NCBI RefSeq assembly: GCF_009834535.1
Contig: NC_045697.1
Coordinates: forward strand, 44,208,001 to 44,272,000
Origin: Camelus ferus
Lineage: Eukaryota
Length of the DNA stretch: 64,000 bases
Direction of reading: 5' to 3'
This document shows, in pieces, positions 12,399-24,632 of the stretch. The first letter of the stretch is position 1, and each line of letters begins with the position of its first letter. Under the pieces are notes generated by a model. That model was given only the letters and a program-made list of their open reading frames with translations. It was not told the DNA's origin and searched no databases. A program made the position numbers and the translations under genes.

Positions 12399-15300
12399 AG
12401 GCAGGGACATTTATCACAACTGTCCTCTCAAGAACAATATCTGTGGGCTTCCATGGTGTGGTATCATTGTCTGGGAGATGATGGAGCCCTCCCTGCCTTG
12501 TGATGACTGTGAGGCAAGGACCAACCGCAGAGAGGAGGAACCAGGTTGTGGGGCTGTGGTCTCCAGAGAGTCATGGAGGAAGATAGGTTGAGGGGGTGGG
12601 GAGTCCGTGTCCTCCCAGAATCTTGTGTGACCTCTGTTGTTGTTGTGTTGAACCTTCTGACAACAAATTGTGCCTCTCAGGTAGATCTTTTTTGTGACAT
12701 GAAATACTACTATGTATTTTTTACTTTTGAATCCATGAAAGGAAAACTTCAAAGAAATGGTGTTGTTTCTTCTGACATTGAGAGAAGAACCAATTGAAAA
12801 TGCTGACCCTTCCCTCAGCCCACCAACTCTCCCCACCCACAACAAGCTGCCTCTTGTTGCCATGGTGACACTCATTTTCAGCTAAGGTGGAGGGGCTGGT
12901 TCTGGCTTCGCTTTGTTAATGTTAGGAGACTGGAGCTAGTTCATCAGTGTAACCCCTCAGGTGCAAGATTTCTAGGTGAGACTTGAAATTTGGAAGAGAG
13001 GAGAGAAGGAGGCTGCAGGAAGGTCCTGCAGGGACCCTGAGCTGCATGATCTGTGAAAGAAGTTAGAGCAAGTCTATAGAGCAATTTAAAAACAGATGGA
13101 TTTCCTGAAATCACCACTGTGTTTCCATGGCAACGTCTCAGCTGTCTCTGTCAGTTGCTATAAAGTGTTCTCCCCTCTATGTGGACAGAATCTAGGTGTC
13201 AGTTGGAGGAAGGGGACTCAGGACTGAATACATTGGGCTAACCTTAGAAGGGAGAAGACAAAATTTGGGTTAGCTATTGGAGCCTTGGGGAAATCCTCCT
13301 GAGAGTCACCTCCCCATCACCCAAAGAGATGACAGAAGCTGCCTGCCCTGATGACTTTCATGGGAATGGGGGCGGCAGGTTTTGGGTGGAATGGCTGTGG
13401 CACCTTCCCACCTGCCTCTACACTTTGTTAACCAGAGGACACTTGCCAATCTGTAATTCATTCATTTGATAAAGTATTTATTGAGTGCCTCGTGTTGAAT
13501 TCTGCCCAAAGCATCCATCACACTGGTGAAATGTACGCTCATCACAGTGGATAGGTTGCCTACAGCCCCTTATGATAGATCTGCAACAAATAAAGGCTAG
13601 TTTTCCAAATCCTCCAAGTGGCCAGTTGCTTCTTTTTACCCATGCTCTTGTTGTATGTGTCTTGTGCTTAGGGCACTGTGTTAGCTGTTGAAGTTATAAG
13701 AAGGAATGAAACCAGGCACAAGACCTGCCCATAGGAGGTCTGTGTGGGATGATGAACATTTGAATGACAAGAAGAAGCAACAAGATAGGCTGGCCATAGT
13801 CTCCATGTTAATGGTCCATATTAATGGTGCAAACAGTAAGTTCCTTAGGAATTCGAAAGAGCAGCCTTTCTTCCAGGGCTCAGGTGATCAGGGAAAAGTT
13901 CATGGAGTGGGTGGGATTTGAACTGGGTTTGAATAAGGGCAGTTCTGGGATAACAGGGAGGATCTTGAAAACAAATAAGTGAGAGGAATGGCAGGAAAAG
14001 AAATATCAAGACAGAAGTCAGTGTGGGTTTCGTCCAGGGAAAGGAGCAGACTTACTTGAGAAGAAAGGTTCATGGCAGGGAGGTTGGAAAATAAAATCGG
14101 CAAGGGAAAATCGAGGGCTCAGGTTGTCAGAATTCTGAAGGGCATGACAGATTTTAGACTTTCTCTTACAGGCAGTGAAGGGTTGTCAAAGGTTTTAGAG
14201 CAAGACAAACAAACAAAAAACCCAAAAAATAATGTAGTAGGATGCTGAATCTGGTAGTTGTGTATGGGCTGGATTGAAGGAGGGAAGAAAGAGCCAGAAA
14301 GATTGAATGGAAAACTGATTGAAGGGTTAGGATGGTGGTTGAGGAAATCAAAGAGAGGGATGCATGGATGCATGGGGTCGATGGACGGCAGGGACCCCAG
14401 AGATAGAGAGGGATAGACTGTCACCAGCTTCAGCAGGAAGAGTGTAAGCTTTGAGCTTGGGTCAATAGGAAAGCAGTTTATACCTTTAAAAGAGATGATG
14501 CCTATAAAGCCCTGTGTTAATCAAAAACAGAAGAGGAAATTTCTTGCCCTTGAGTAGCTCTTAGCCAAGCAGGAGAAGACGAATGTGGTTAGAGACGCTG
14601 GGACAGAGCATGTACAGAGTGCAGGGAGGGGCGCTTGGGAAGGGCTGGGGGTCCGTTCTGGGGCGGGGGTGGGGGTTGTCAGGAAAAGGTTAAGAAGAGG
14701 TGCTCTCGAGCTGAGTGTTGAGGAAGAGCTTGTTTGAGGAAGAAATATGGGAAGTGTAAGGGTTATTTTCACTTGATTTCAGAGTTGATTTCGAGGTGAA
14801 GCGGCCCGTCTAAGGGGAAAGCATTTATCCATTCTCTTCATTGTTGCAGAGGGACCTCTGTATGAGGCTGCCCTTGGCAGGAATAAAAGGATGCTTAAGG
14901 CTTGCTCCCCACCCTCGAGGAACAGCCCAGCCAGTAGAGGAAAGAGCATTTACTCAGTCACTCAAAGGTGTATGTGGAGACCCTGCAGCTCACTGGGTGC
15001 TGCTGGGGGTGCCCGAACGCAGGGGTGAACAGACGGACTAATCTCCTGTTCTCACAGAGACCACATTCTTGTTAAGAACTTCCTCCCCAACAGGCAGAAT
15101 TAGGCCAACTAGGAAAGGGCAGGTTGAAGGGAAGTGCCAGGGGTGTAGAGAAAAGGAGTGAGTTCTGCCTGGACCTATCGCCCGCCTGGAGGCAGGTGCG
15201 CCAGGGACACAAAGGATGACTGATGGGCGATTCCCATTCGACAGCGGCTGGAGACGTCAGTCAGGAGCTTGTGCTGGGGTGGGAGTCAGGCCTCCCTGCG

Positions 15301-15659
15301 GGATGTGTGCGCCTCCTGATTGCAAGGTGATGGGCTTGCTGTTTCCCTGAGGAGGCACCTTTGTAGCTGTGACAGCTGAGCCAGGCGTGCGCGACCCTAG
15401 GTGTTTTGTGCCCGCCAGGCCTCACTCTCCATGGAGCCAGGCTGCCCGCCTCTTCTTTCTGGGCTTTGCGTGTGCCAAGTTCTTCTCACTGTGCTGATTC
15501 CGATGCTGTGGAGCCCAGCCAAGACCACCCTCCCCCACCCGGTGACCCCTGCATTCACCAACTCCAGGTCCACATCCGCAGAGCCCTGGCACCAACATCC
15601 ATACCTGTCACAAGATCCAAGGACTTTTTCTGGCATCTCGAAGTGATCTCTGGAGAGAG

Positions 15660-16078
15660 AGTGGGTGTCCTCTACCAAACTCATAAGTTGAAGCCTAACC
15701 CCCAGGACTTTACAAGTATTTGAAATAGGCCTTTGCAAAGTAATCAAATTAAAATGAAGTCATTAGGGTGGACCCTATTCAAGCAGAGCTGGTGTCCTTA
15801 TAAAAAGAGGAAATTTGGGCACAGACATGCACACAGGGAGACGCCATGTGAAGATGGCGGCAGAGATGGGGAGTGACGTGGTTGTGAACTGGAGAGCACC
15901 AGAGGTGGCCTGCAAACCAAATGCGCAAGGAGAGGCCTGGAGCAGATTCTCAGCAGGAACCAGCTCTGCCCACACCTTGTTTTCCAGCTTTAACCTCCAG
16001 AACTGTGAGAATAAATGCCCCTTGTTTAAGCCAACTGGCTGTGGGACTTGCCGTGGCCGCCCCAGGAGACTAATATAG
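15660..16078 (+). mobile_element. ERVL-MaLR solo LTR (MLT1B/C-like)
   Basis: 'gtcattagggtggacccta...ggtgtccttataaaaagagg...gccatgtgaagatggcggcagag...cctccagaactgtgagaataaat...gtttaagcca...gactaata'. Confidence 0.85.
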
Positions 16079-17074
16079 CCAGTTGGTAAGTCTGAGCTCT
16101 TGCAAGTCAGCAACCCGGGGGACCCGTCCTGCTGGTGACCGAGACCATGCTGTCACAGTCTGTGAGCTCCTTTCACCAACGCTGTTGAAATCCGTGCTTT
16201 CCTTCCATGCTCCGAGAGGCCCCGTCAGAAGCTTCCCTGTGACTGACTAGCCCTCAGCGCCTTCAGAGAAGCAGTCAACATATGTGTGCACCCATCTTTC
16301 CTGGTTCATTTATTTTTCAGAGGATTCCCTTTACCAAAAGTGAAGGAGCCTCTGGATCCGCTCTGCTGGACAAGTGTCAGATTTGTGAGGAGATCAGTTA
16401 AAAAAGAAAAAAAAATTCGAGATGTATTTGTGGTGGTGTTTGGAAGGATTTACGAGGCTGGATAGCATTTTAGTGAGCTGAGAAGGTTTTCACGCAAATT
16501 CCTGGCAGCAGGGCAGGGAATCATCTCTGATGATCTTCGCCAGCCACTGACTCTGCTGGGGCTGAGGTGCAAGGAAGTCAGGAAGCAGAGATTAGTCAAG
16601 AAGGTCCTCTGGGCAAAGTGTAGATCAATAACCTGTTGTGAGAAAGAGTTTTGGCAAAGCTTAGCCCTGTAGAGGCTGGCAGGGGGCTCCAGGGTTCTGG
16701 TGGCTCCCACCCCTGCACCCACTGGCTTCTCCCACGCTGAGCGAGCAGCTTGCTCTGGATTTCTGGTCATCCTCCGGAATCCTCCAGAATGTCTCCGCTG
16801 GCTCCTCACAGGGCTGCTCTCGCTCACGCAGTCTCCCAGGAATGGGATATAATCTCTCCACCTGCAGATTCAGCCGCTTTCTCTCGTATACTTTTTTGAA
16901 GTCTCAGAAGCAGCCAAATGAACACGATATCCAAGATTATCTTGGCTTAGCCATTAGTGAGTTCTGCCTATAAAAGCGTTTGAAGCTAGTGGCCGTACTT
17001 TTTTTTTTTTTTTTTGAAGTTTACATACTATTGCTACTTTTCATGTGTCAGGACTTTCCTCTCCTGCCATTTAA

Positions 17075-17300
17075 GTATGTGCTCAGGACGTGCCAGGCAC
17101 CAGGCTTAAAGACTGTACATTAGTTTTGTCCGTTCTTCACAGTATCTCTGTGATGGAGGTACTGCAGTCATCCCCACTTTACAGATGAGGCTTTACAAGC
17201 TAAGTGACATGATCAAGGTCATATAGCCAGTAAGTGCTGGAGCCAGGATACATGCCCAGCACTCTGATTCCAGAGTCCATGCCCTTAACCTCTGCATCTC
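17075..17300 (-). mobile_element. MIR SINE
   Basis: 'gtgccaggcacc...atccccactttacagatgagg...aaggtcatatagccagtaagtgctggagccaggat...gattccagagtcc'. Confidence 0.75.
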
Positions 17301-17339
17301 ACAGTAATCTGTCTGGGCTTGGATACCGTGCTGGAGCTG

Positions 17340-17960
17340 TAAAAGTGCTTGCGATGAGTCCCACTCTCAAGCTCTGCCGAGGCAGTATGACTTGGTGGGT
17401 GTGGAACAGAAGTGCACACAGAGCTTTGGGAACCCAGGAGGAGGAGCTTGCCCAGGGTTGGGGTTCTGAAAGGCTGTCTGAAGAAAATGATGACTGAATC
17501 GGGACCTCAGGCACTTTTCCACAGAGGAATCACACAAATGTGTGGAAGGTTGAGTCAGCAAGATGAGCGATGGACAGCAGCCCAGTGTAACGGGGGTGAG
17601 AGGAAAGGAGGTGGGAGAGGGAGTGGCTGGGGCAGGCTGGAGAAGGCGCCTCCTGTGACACACTGAGAAGTTTGGCTGCTCCCCCTGTGGAGGGCCAGGT
17701 GCCACTGAAGGGTTTTGAGAATGAATGAAATGTTTGGTTTTGTCTTTTAGGTGGATCAGTGCAGTGGTTCTGTGGAGGATGGATTCGAGGCAGCAAGAGT
17801 ACATTCAAGGAGAGCAAGGAGGATGATTTGTTGGTCAGTGGCGAGGGCTACAAGTAGGAAAGAGTATAGGATTGGAGAGGATTTTTTTTTTTTTTTTTGA
17901 AATTGACAGGTCCTGATGACTGAATGGGTGTGGGATTGAGGACCAGGAAGTCTTGGGCAA
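17340..17960 (-). mobile_element. L2 LINE fragment(s)
   Basis: 'gccactgaagggttttgag...gtggatcagtgcagtggttctgtggaggatggatt...gaaattgacaggtcctgatgactgaatgggtgtggg' L2-like. Confidence 0.6.
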
Positions 17961-17964
17961 CACC

Positions 17965-18185
17965 GAGCACTTAATATGCTCAGCCAGAGCTGATTCTAAG
18001 TGTATGACACATTTTTAACTCATTTACTCCCACAGCAACCTTATGAGGTTGTACAGATGAGGAAGTTGAGGCACAGAGAGGGGCTCAGTGACTTGGCCCA
18101 AGGGCACACTCATGGCCAGCAAATGATAAAGTGGGACTCATTCAGGTAGTCTGGCTCTGTCACCTCCTCTCTTTGTGACCGTACT
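17965..18185 (-). mobile_element. MIR SINE
   Basis: 'gagcacttaatatg...cacagcaaccttatgagg...tacagatgaggaagttgaggcacagagag...gacttggcccaagg'. Confidence 0.75.
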
Positions 18186-20495
18186 GCAGCTCTCCTGAGT
18201 GAGCTCAGGGTTGGGGGAGGGAGGGGAAGACACCTAGATGACCCCCCTCCCCTCACCATTGCCTCCACTGCCAATGACCAAGTGCATGGCGGTACAGTTG
18301 ACCAAGGATTCAGGAAGGGAGCAGAGAAAGATACTGGGCTCCATATTAGCCTTGTTTAGTGAGAGGTGCTTGGGGAACCCAGTGGAGGCACCCAGCTCAG
18401 GCTCTTCCTCCTTTAGCCTCTTGTCACTGAGCCCAGAGCTTCTACACTTACACAAAATCATCACACTGCTTTACATTTAGATGACAGATAGATAAGGAAA
18501 AAACTTGGTGGTGCAGGATCTAAAATTTCTCATAATCTGAAGTGATTCCTCTCTGTTTCCAGTTCACTGACTGGATGGCAGATTAAAATGTGAAAGCTTG
18601 ACAGAAAAATAATGTAGCTGTGCCAACCTTCAGCGTCTGAGGCATAAAATTAAATTTAACATTGTATTACACGTTTGAAGGCTTGTCATCATAAGGCTGG
18701 CCAGACAAATAGGATTTAGAGGGTTGGGTTTTGAGAAATGGGTAGGAGAAATAAAATACGAAATAAGAGAATAGTGGAGATGACACATTTATTTTTTTTA
18801 AAAAAAATCTGATGGTGTTAAGCAGTTCTGTTTTATCGCGCTGTTTAATATTGCCTCCTCTTTTGCCTGTTTGACCAAGGGATTCTGCTGTGTTGGACAG
18901 GTTCTCCTACTGAAGTCTGGAAATTCTGCCACCCCTTTACCTCCTCCTGACCACCCTTTTCATCTCTTTCACCTCTCCTAATTCTCTGTACACCTCCTGC
19001 TAATTTTCTCCTTTTCTGAGTTTTTAATCTCTGCCCCCGTATTTTTCTTGTCAGCTGCATGGTTCAGGCTGGCTGTGGACTAATTTCCAAGCTCTGAAGG
19101 TGAAGCTAAGATCCGGCTCTGCCTGCAGTCTACCTGAGGGCGCCCCTTACCTAGCCCTCCAGCCTCTTCTGTTTTAGTCCAGGTCTCTGCCCATGGTGGG
19201 CTCTGGTGCCTTACTGCTGCCACTCCGCTGAGCCAAGTCTTCAAAGGGCATCTGCTGGGTTCTGTGTGCTGGCCTTCAAGATTCGTCATTTCTGTCGATA
19301 TTAGAAGTGACATATAGGTCAGCCTTACGGCTTCCAGTGTTAAGAATAAAAGCTTCCCGTTCTCCCAGGCTCTGTGGGTTTGTAGCTTATCATAGGTACC
19401 CCCCTTCCCGTCAACCACACTTCTCAGTTGCTTCTTGGGGCTTGGTTGATGCCACTTGCCGTATAAGAGGGAACCTGAAAATAGAAGAGTGAAATGCTCT
19501 CCCTTGCAGATTCCATTCCAAAACTCTTGAAGACTGGCTGGAAGTTGTGAACAAAAGCCCCGAGGAGGTTTCCTCCCAGTGTGTGGGGTGAGGCTTACTG
19601 GGTGCTGGTCAGCAGGGAGGGAAGCTTTGGTCCCATTCTCTGTAAAAGGGGGTCCTGGGGTGCAGCCTGGGGAGAGCCCCTCTCCCTCCGGGACCACCTA
19701 GCACATGTCTCCTGCCGCAGCCATGTGACCGGGCAGTGGGATGCCTCAAAATGTAGCTGCAACACCCTGACATCTCACCCTGCTCATTCCTGGCCCCTGC
19801 ATTTGCGCTGTCTCAGGAGATTCAACCCCATTTTTTGTGATACGAAAATTCAGGAGGTGAAAACAGAGCCTTCTGATTTATCGTTAATAAGCACACATTT
19901 CTCTCCTCCTGTGCTCTTGCTCTTCTAGTCTGATTTGCCCCCTTATATCCTTTTACCTCCACTGCCCTTCCAGTCCTGCAAAACTCAAGAGATAAGTTTC
20001 CCTCCACATAAAAAGCCAAGGGCCTCTGAGCACCCAAGTCTTTGAAGTGATCCTCAGCCCCGTTCCCGTTCTCAGGCTCTGAATTTTCAGGCTTGTCTGT
20101 GTTTGAGGAGAGATTGCAGTGTCTGTGAGGGGACCCTAAGAAGGACATGTTGACATTTGGGCTTTTCATAAACCATGTCTGCAAATCTCAAAACCCACAC
20201 TTGCCTTCCTGGTAGCAATGATGCTTTTTTTCGGGGTGGAAGCTGGCAGGCCCTGGTAAGCATTTTCCAGGGCTGTAAGGAAATGGCACACACCCTGACT
20301 TGTTTTTAACCCTTCTGAGTTGGATTTTCTCAGAGATATCTGTCGGGGTCATGTGTGTTGGCTGCTTTTCCCAGAAACAGGAGTGGAAGAGAAAGAGGAA
20401 GACAGTTGGGAGGAAGAGAAGCAACTATGAATGCACTTAACACACATTTGGTGGGTCAAACAGAAGTGTTATGGTTAATTTTCTAAAACTATACT

Positions 20496-20970
20496 CCTGG
20501 GCAGAGGGTGTGGAGAAAAGGGAGCTCTTCTACACTGTTGGTGGAAACGTAGTTTGGTGCAGCCTGGACATTCTGGAAAACAGAATGGAAATTCCTTGAA
20601 AAACTAAAACTAGACTTACCATGTGATCCAGTAATCCCACTCCTGGACATATATCTGGAGAAGACTCTTGAATTTTTTTTTTTTTGGCGGGGGAGGGAGG
20701 TAATTGGGTTTATTTATTTATTTATTTTTAAAGGAAGTACTGGGGATTGAACCCAGGACCTTGTGCATGCTAAGCATGCACTCTACTACTTGAGCTATAT
20801 CCTTCCCCACTTTTGTCTTTTTTTTTTTTGAACTTTTTTTGGGGGGATGGAGAAAACTCAATGTGAAAAAGATACATGTACCCCAGTATTCATAGCAGCA
20901 CTAATTGTAATAGCCAAGATATGGAAGCAACCAAATGTTCATGGACAGATGATTGGATAAAGAAGATGTG

Positions 20971-21015
<45 letters not shown>

Positions 21016-21463
21016 ATGGAATGCTACTCAGCCATAAAAAAGGAATAAAATAATGTCATTTGCATCAACATGGATGGACCTAGAGATTATCATATTAGGT
21101 GAAGTAAGTCATGCAGAGAAGGACAAATATCATATAATATCATTTATATGTGGAATCTAAAAAAATGATACAAATGAACTTATTTATAAAACAGAAGGTG
21201 ACTCAGACACAGAAAACAAACTTACGGTTACCAAAGGGGAAGTGAGGGGAGAGATAAATTAGTAGGAGTTTGGGATTAGCAGATATAAACCACTATATAT
21301 AAAATAGATAAACAACAAAGTTCTACTGTATGGCACAGGGAACTATATTCAATATCTTGTAATAACCTATAATGAGAAAGAATATGAAAGGGAATATATA
21401 TATCTATAACTGAATCACACTCTACACCAGAAACTAGCATTGAAATAAACTTCAATGTAAAAA
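20496..21463 (+). mobile_element. 5'-truncated lineage-specific L1 (ORF2 end plus 3'UTR) with TSD, containing a nested SINE and (TA)n
   Basis: 'gagggtgtggagaaaagggagctcttctacactgttggtgg...ggacctagagattatcatattaggtgaagtaagtc...cacagggaactatattcaatatcttgtaataacc' plus poly-A. TSD aaaactatact at 20485-20495 and 21464-21474. Confidence 0.92.
20668..20847 (-). mobile_element. Vic-1-like SINE nested in L1
   Basis: 'gtactggggattgaacccaggaccttgtgcatgctaagcatgcactctact...gagctata'. TSD tggagaagactc (20656-20667) / tggagaaaactc (20848-20859). Confidence 0.88.
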
Positions 21464-21639
21464 AAAACTATACTGTTGGCCAAAGTAAATGATTTCTTAG
21501 GGGTAGAGGAAGGGTCCCAAAGGAGTGATTTGGAGGACCCTCTGTGAACATAGCCTTCTGCACATCACTCAGCCCAGAAAGAGCCAGACTCCTGAGGGCA
21601 CAGGGAACAGACACTCCCACTGTTGGACTCCACCTTCTT

Positions 21640-21812
21640 TTTTTTTTTAAATTGAAATATAGTCCATTTATAATGTTGTATTAATTTCTGCTGTATAGCA
21701 TAGTGATTCAGTTTTACATATATATTCCTTTTCATATTCTTTTTCATTATAGGCTATTACTAGGTTTTGAATATAGTTCCCTGTGCTATGCAGTAGGACC
21801 TTGTTTATCTAT
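21640..21812 (-). mobile_element. Truncated lineage-specific L1 3' end with TSD
   Basis: L1 3'UTR. TSD ttggactccaccttctt (21623-21639) / ttggagtccaccttctt (21813-21829). Confidence 0.9.
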
Positions 21813-21855
21813 TTGGAGTCCACCTTCTTGAACCCTAGGGCACAGTCACTTTATG

Positions 21856-21972
21856 GGTTCAGCCTGACCACTGGTTTACTTTGTGACCTTGGCAAGTCAC
21901 TTGGCCTTTCTGCAATTCCATTTCTTCATCTGTGAAACAGGAGGATTGGACAGGAGCAGTGCTACTCAACTC
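21856..21972 (+). other. MIR/MER5 junction; probable orthologue of the human MIR575 locus (probably not a functional miRNA here)
   Basis: Both ends match the recalled hsa-mir-575 precursor (TTCAGCC..CCACTGG.TTA...TGACCTTGG and TTGGACAGGAGCAGTGC.ACTCAACTC). Human MIR575 lies in SCD5 intron 1. The MIR core 'gtgaccttggcaagtcactt...tttcttcatctgtgaaa' is visible. Confidence 0.6.
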
Positions 21973-22280
21973 TGGCTGCAGAGCAGAATCACTGGGGAGC
22001 CTTTAGCCACCCCAGCATCCAGAGGTGCCTAATTAATTTGTTCTCAAGTGAGGGAGGCCTGGCTTGGACAGCTTTTAAAGCTCCACAGATGATTCTCTGG
22101 GCAGCCAGGCTGAGAAGCGCTGCCTAGGCCATTGTCTCAAGTTGGAGCATGTGCAGGATTGTTAAAATTGGGACTCTACTTCTGCAGGTTCTGGTGGGGC
22201 TGGAGGTTCTGCCTTTCCAGCAGGCTCCTGGCAAGGCTGGTGGTACCTGTCCTCAGGCCATGCCCTGAGCAGCAAAGGCG
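21957..22280. mobile_element. Two adjacent hAT-Charlie MITEs (MER5B-like then MER5A-like)
   Basis: 'cagtgctactcaactctggctgc...gaatcactggggagc...gatgattct...gcagccaggctgagaagcgctg', then '...ggtggggctggaggttctgcctttccagcaggctcctgg...ctgagcagcaaagg'. Confidence 0.65.
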
Positions 22281-22537
22281 GGGATGGTCTTCAAGGTCTT
22301 TACAGCTTTGATATTATTAGGTTCCTTAATTATTTTTTTTGGCAGGGAGAGGGCAGTGAGAAGTGGAAGTGACATATTTTGATGGTATAGTAGGGGTGAG
22401 TTCCCTTTCATCAGTGGGGCAAAGTGGTGTCTTTGGGAAAATGCGATTCAGTATTTGGTGGGTAGAGATGAATTTGTACCTGTTTTCAACATTGAAGTAC
22501 GTTTAATTAGGGAGGAAAAGGAAAGCAAATGTAGCTC

Positions 22538-22593
<56 letters not shown>

Positions 22594-22640
22594 GGAGAGA
22601 GAGGGAGGGAGGGAGGGAGAGAATGAGGGAGAGTGTGTGA
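22538..22640. repeat. Compound (TG)n-(GA)n-(GGGA)n microsatellite
   Basis: Read directly. Confidence 0.95.
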
Positions 22641-24403
22641 ATGCATGGTGCTCATAGGGTGAATATTCTGTGTTAAATGAATCTTAGGGAGGATCAAAGG
22701 GCAACAAAGGTATAGGCTTCTCCAGGTCCAGTTACGATGAGGAGACTAGACTAGAGGGCAGGGTGGGGGAAAGTGGTGCAGATTTTATTCAGCTGGGATT
22801 TAAGGTGAAGCTCTTGCTCCCAGAGCAATTCAAAGGCTGGGGAGACTCCATCTCCGCGCCATCTTTTTCCTGTGCGAAGCAGCCCTTTGCGCCAATTAGT
22901 CTTGAATTATAGTGACAGCTTTGGGTTTCTGCAGAGCTTCAAATCAACTGAACATAGGAGCAGAAGTAAAATTATGCCTTTCTTGATCAGAACATTTCAG
23001 CTGTTACACCTTACACCTCCCCACCTCTCCAGCCTTGCTGTGAGCCCCAGACACCATCGCGGAGTGTCAAGAGTCAGCTGGATTTCTGCACGGTTACATT
23101 TGTATTTTAAAGTCAAGGTCAGCCGTAGAGATATTACCTGCACTTTGCCTTCAGCTTTTCCTAATCTTTATAGAACTACAAATTCCAATACATGAACAAA
23201 TTCTCCTGGTTTAAAATTATCTTTAATTAAGATTAAACCTTTCAGGCTTTGCAGTGATTATCCTGCCCACGTAATTATGGGGATTTGTTTTGCTTTAAAA
23301 CGGGTCTCTAACAGAGCAATGCTTCTTGCTAAAATTCACCATCTGGGATTTTGTCCCTGTCCTGTTTTCAGATTCCTCCGACTTGTGGTTAAGGGGAAAA
23401 GAATGTTTTTGTGCTAAAGATACTTTCCAATCTAGAGGAAAGAGATTTCTCTCTCTCCATGGTTTTATTTTAATCCCCTCTCCTCCATAAAAAGGATTCC
23501 CCATAACCTCCATTTACACACCTGTATAATGGGAGTATTAACTCTGCCTCACCTGTTGTGAGGATCAAGTGAGGGGTGAGATCTGAAACCGATGCTAAGG
23601 CATCAAGTGTTATTCACATATCTTCTTCTCCTTCTTCCCTTCCTCCAATTCTTATTTCTTTCTCTGACTCAAATACATTAGCTCCTGGCCTCACTGGCAC
23701 TTGGGTCCATCATTACGTCATTCGAGAAACATTTTCCAAGCACTTCTGAGACGAGCCTTGTGCTAGGCACTGAGAGTGGAACTGAAAGGCCATCTTTGTC
23801 CTCTAGGAGGACCTATGGGCAGGCGGTCAGGGTATTAAATGCAGGACAGCAGGTCCGATTATAAAGGAGGGGCACCTACCTCAGCCTGGCCGAGGGTGGG
23901 AGGAGGTGGGCATGGAGGGCCGGCCTGTCAGGGAAGGCTTGCAGAGAAGAAGAACGGTAAGCAGGAGTCAGCCAGACAGCAGGAACATGGGATGAGGGAA
24001 CATGTGACTTCAGCAAGCTGAAATAGTTGGGATGGTGCTCGTGGGGACAGGCAGTAGACAATGAGATCCCTTGCACGTAATGCTGAGTCTGTCTTTCATG
24101 CGGTATGAGTGATTTTCCGACCCATTGTGGTAGGATGGATATTACTCTTTTTGCAAGAATAAGGCATTTACTGCCTATTCCATTCTGCTCATGGTCAAGG
24201 ATGTGCCTTGGTGAGAGGGCTGCCGGGAGTTAGCCATTCACTCCCTGCTCAGAACATAAGAGCTCGTGGACCTCAGTGGGTGGGGAGCCCCTGACCGTGG
24301 TTCCATTAGCCCAGCGCTCTGTCCAACGGGGAGGGCTAACACAGGACTCCTTGTGGTGCTCACTGTGACCTTAGAATTTGGAATTTACCAAGGTAGTCTT
24401 TTA

Positions 24404-24632
24404 CAGCAAGATTTTTCAAATTGCAGGTCACAACCCATACTTTATATACTATATAGGTTAGAAAATCAATAGGTTGCAAACAGCGTTTTAAACAATGGAA
24501 TAGAAGGGAACAGAATATCGGAATACAGCACACAAACAAGGGCCAGTGTTGTTTGGCGAAACCTGGATGCGTATACTTGATGCAAAATGCTTTTTTCACT
24601 GTGGATCCTGGAAAAAAGAATTTGAAAGACTT
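24404..24632. mobile_element. Probable hAT-Charlie DNA transposon remnant
   Basis: Termini-like 'gatttttcaaattgcaggtcacaaccca' ... 'aatttgaaagact'. Subfamily uncertain. Confidence 0.45.

Noticed and set aside
19080..19697. 205-aa minus-strand ORF
   Set aside because: No recognisable domain, no exon structure or retrogene hallmarks (poly-A, TSD). Compatible with chance.
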